This document shows positions 63,325 to 64,000 of a stretch of 64,000 nt of DNA, piece by piece (position 1 is the stretch's first letter; every line of letters begins with the position of its first letter). Below the pieces are notes generated by a model. It was given only the letters and a program-made list of their open reading frames with translations. It was not told the origin of the DNA and ran no database searches. The DNA is from Gordius albopunctatus (taxonomy: Eukaryota). The translations under genes were made by a program, and so were the position numbers. The stretch covers positions 1,922,001 to 1,986,000 of the forward strand of contig OZ193909.1 of NCBI GenBank assembly GCA_964276515.1. The letters are read 5' to 3'.

Positions 63325-64000
63325 ATAATGCAATTTATGGGCTCGTTTTTGGTTGTCCGTTGTCCGTCCGTTACCCTCTAATGTATTTACACCGGCTTTC
63401 TGACTTGGAGGTTCGAGTTCAATCCCCGGAGAGGACAAAAAATTTTTTTAATACCATGGATAATATGACTTTCTGACCGTCCACTGGCTGCTGACCAATG
63501 AAGAAATGACCATTGACCAAATAAATCGAATTTTTTTTTTCGTTTTTGAATTGGGTAACATTGATAATTACCCTATGTCCTCTCCTACAAGGGCTTATGC
63601 CTCTACTGATATGGGTCCCTGTGCCCCTAGAAAAGCTTATGCCTCTATTAATGTGGGTTAGAATCCCGGTGAACGTTTTGAATTGCTGGTTCGAATCCCG
63701 GAGAAGGCAAAATTTTTATTTTTTTTTAAATTAAATTAATATATTTTTCTTGTTAATACCATTGATAATATGACTTTTTGACCATGCCCTGGCTACTGAC
63801 CAATGGAAAAAATGACCATTGGCCAAAATTTGAATCGAAATTTTTTTTTGTTTTTTTTTTGACTCGTATGTATTTATAGACCGTCTCTTGGTACTGACCA
63901 ATGGAAAAAAATGAACATTGGCCAAATTGTTATTAAGTAAAGGCTAAAATTTTAAAATGCTCCTCCCAAAATCATTATAAAATACTGAAACAAATTCTTG
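63325..64000 (+). mobile_element. DINE-1/HINE-like element (partial)
   Basis: ATGCAATTTATGGGCTC + GTCC repeats, then tandem units of the 6600/53000 family. Confidence 0.6.

Noticed and set aside
63405..63710. tRNA genes suggested by GGTTCGA motifs
   Set aside because: No cloverleaf could be folded; the motifs sit in tandem repeat units.

Overview
AT-rich, intron-containing eukaryotic genomic DNA, most likely an invertebrate animal; the species cannot be fixed from the sequence. Four host genes, all on the minus strand, were reconstructed by hand: tankyrase (ankyrin region, 15 exons, runs off the left edge), an ATAD1/Msp1-type AAA ATPase (10 exons), a SWEET/SLC50A1 sugar transporter (6 exons) and a GT10 alpha-1,3-fucosyltransferase. 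Many introns are only 34-40 nt. The rest is transposon-dense: RTE LINEs, two Ty3/Gypsy families, an intron-containing MULE, many non-autonomous hAT elements with 8-bp target-site duplications (TSDs), DINE-1/Helentron-like repeats, and Penelope and CRE-like remnants. The largest structure is a ~4.87-kb inverted duplication (32898-37767 vs 40463-45330) whose arm-to-arm divergence rises outward. Other leads: two different RTE families sharing the TSD AATA(G/A)CC, a 26-bp P-element-like excision footprint, a perfect 53-bp hairpin plus a decayed hammerhead in a Penelope remnant, sharp CpG-poor domains, and an unassigned structured-RNA candidate. I found no clear new multi-gene system. All coordinates and counts are manual.
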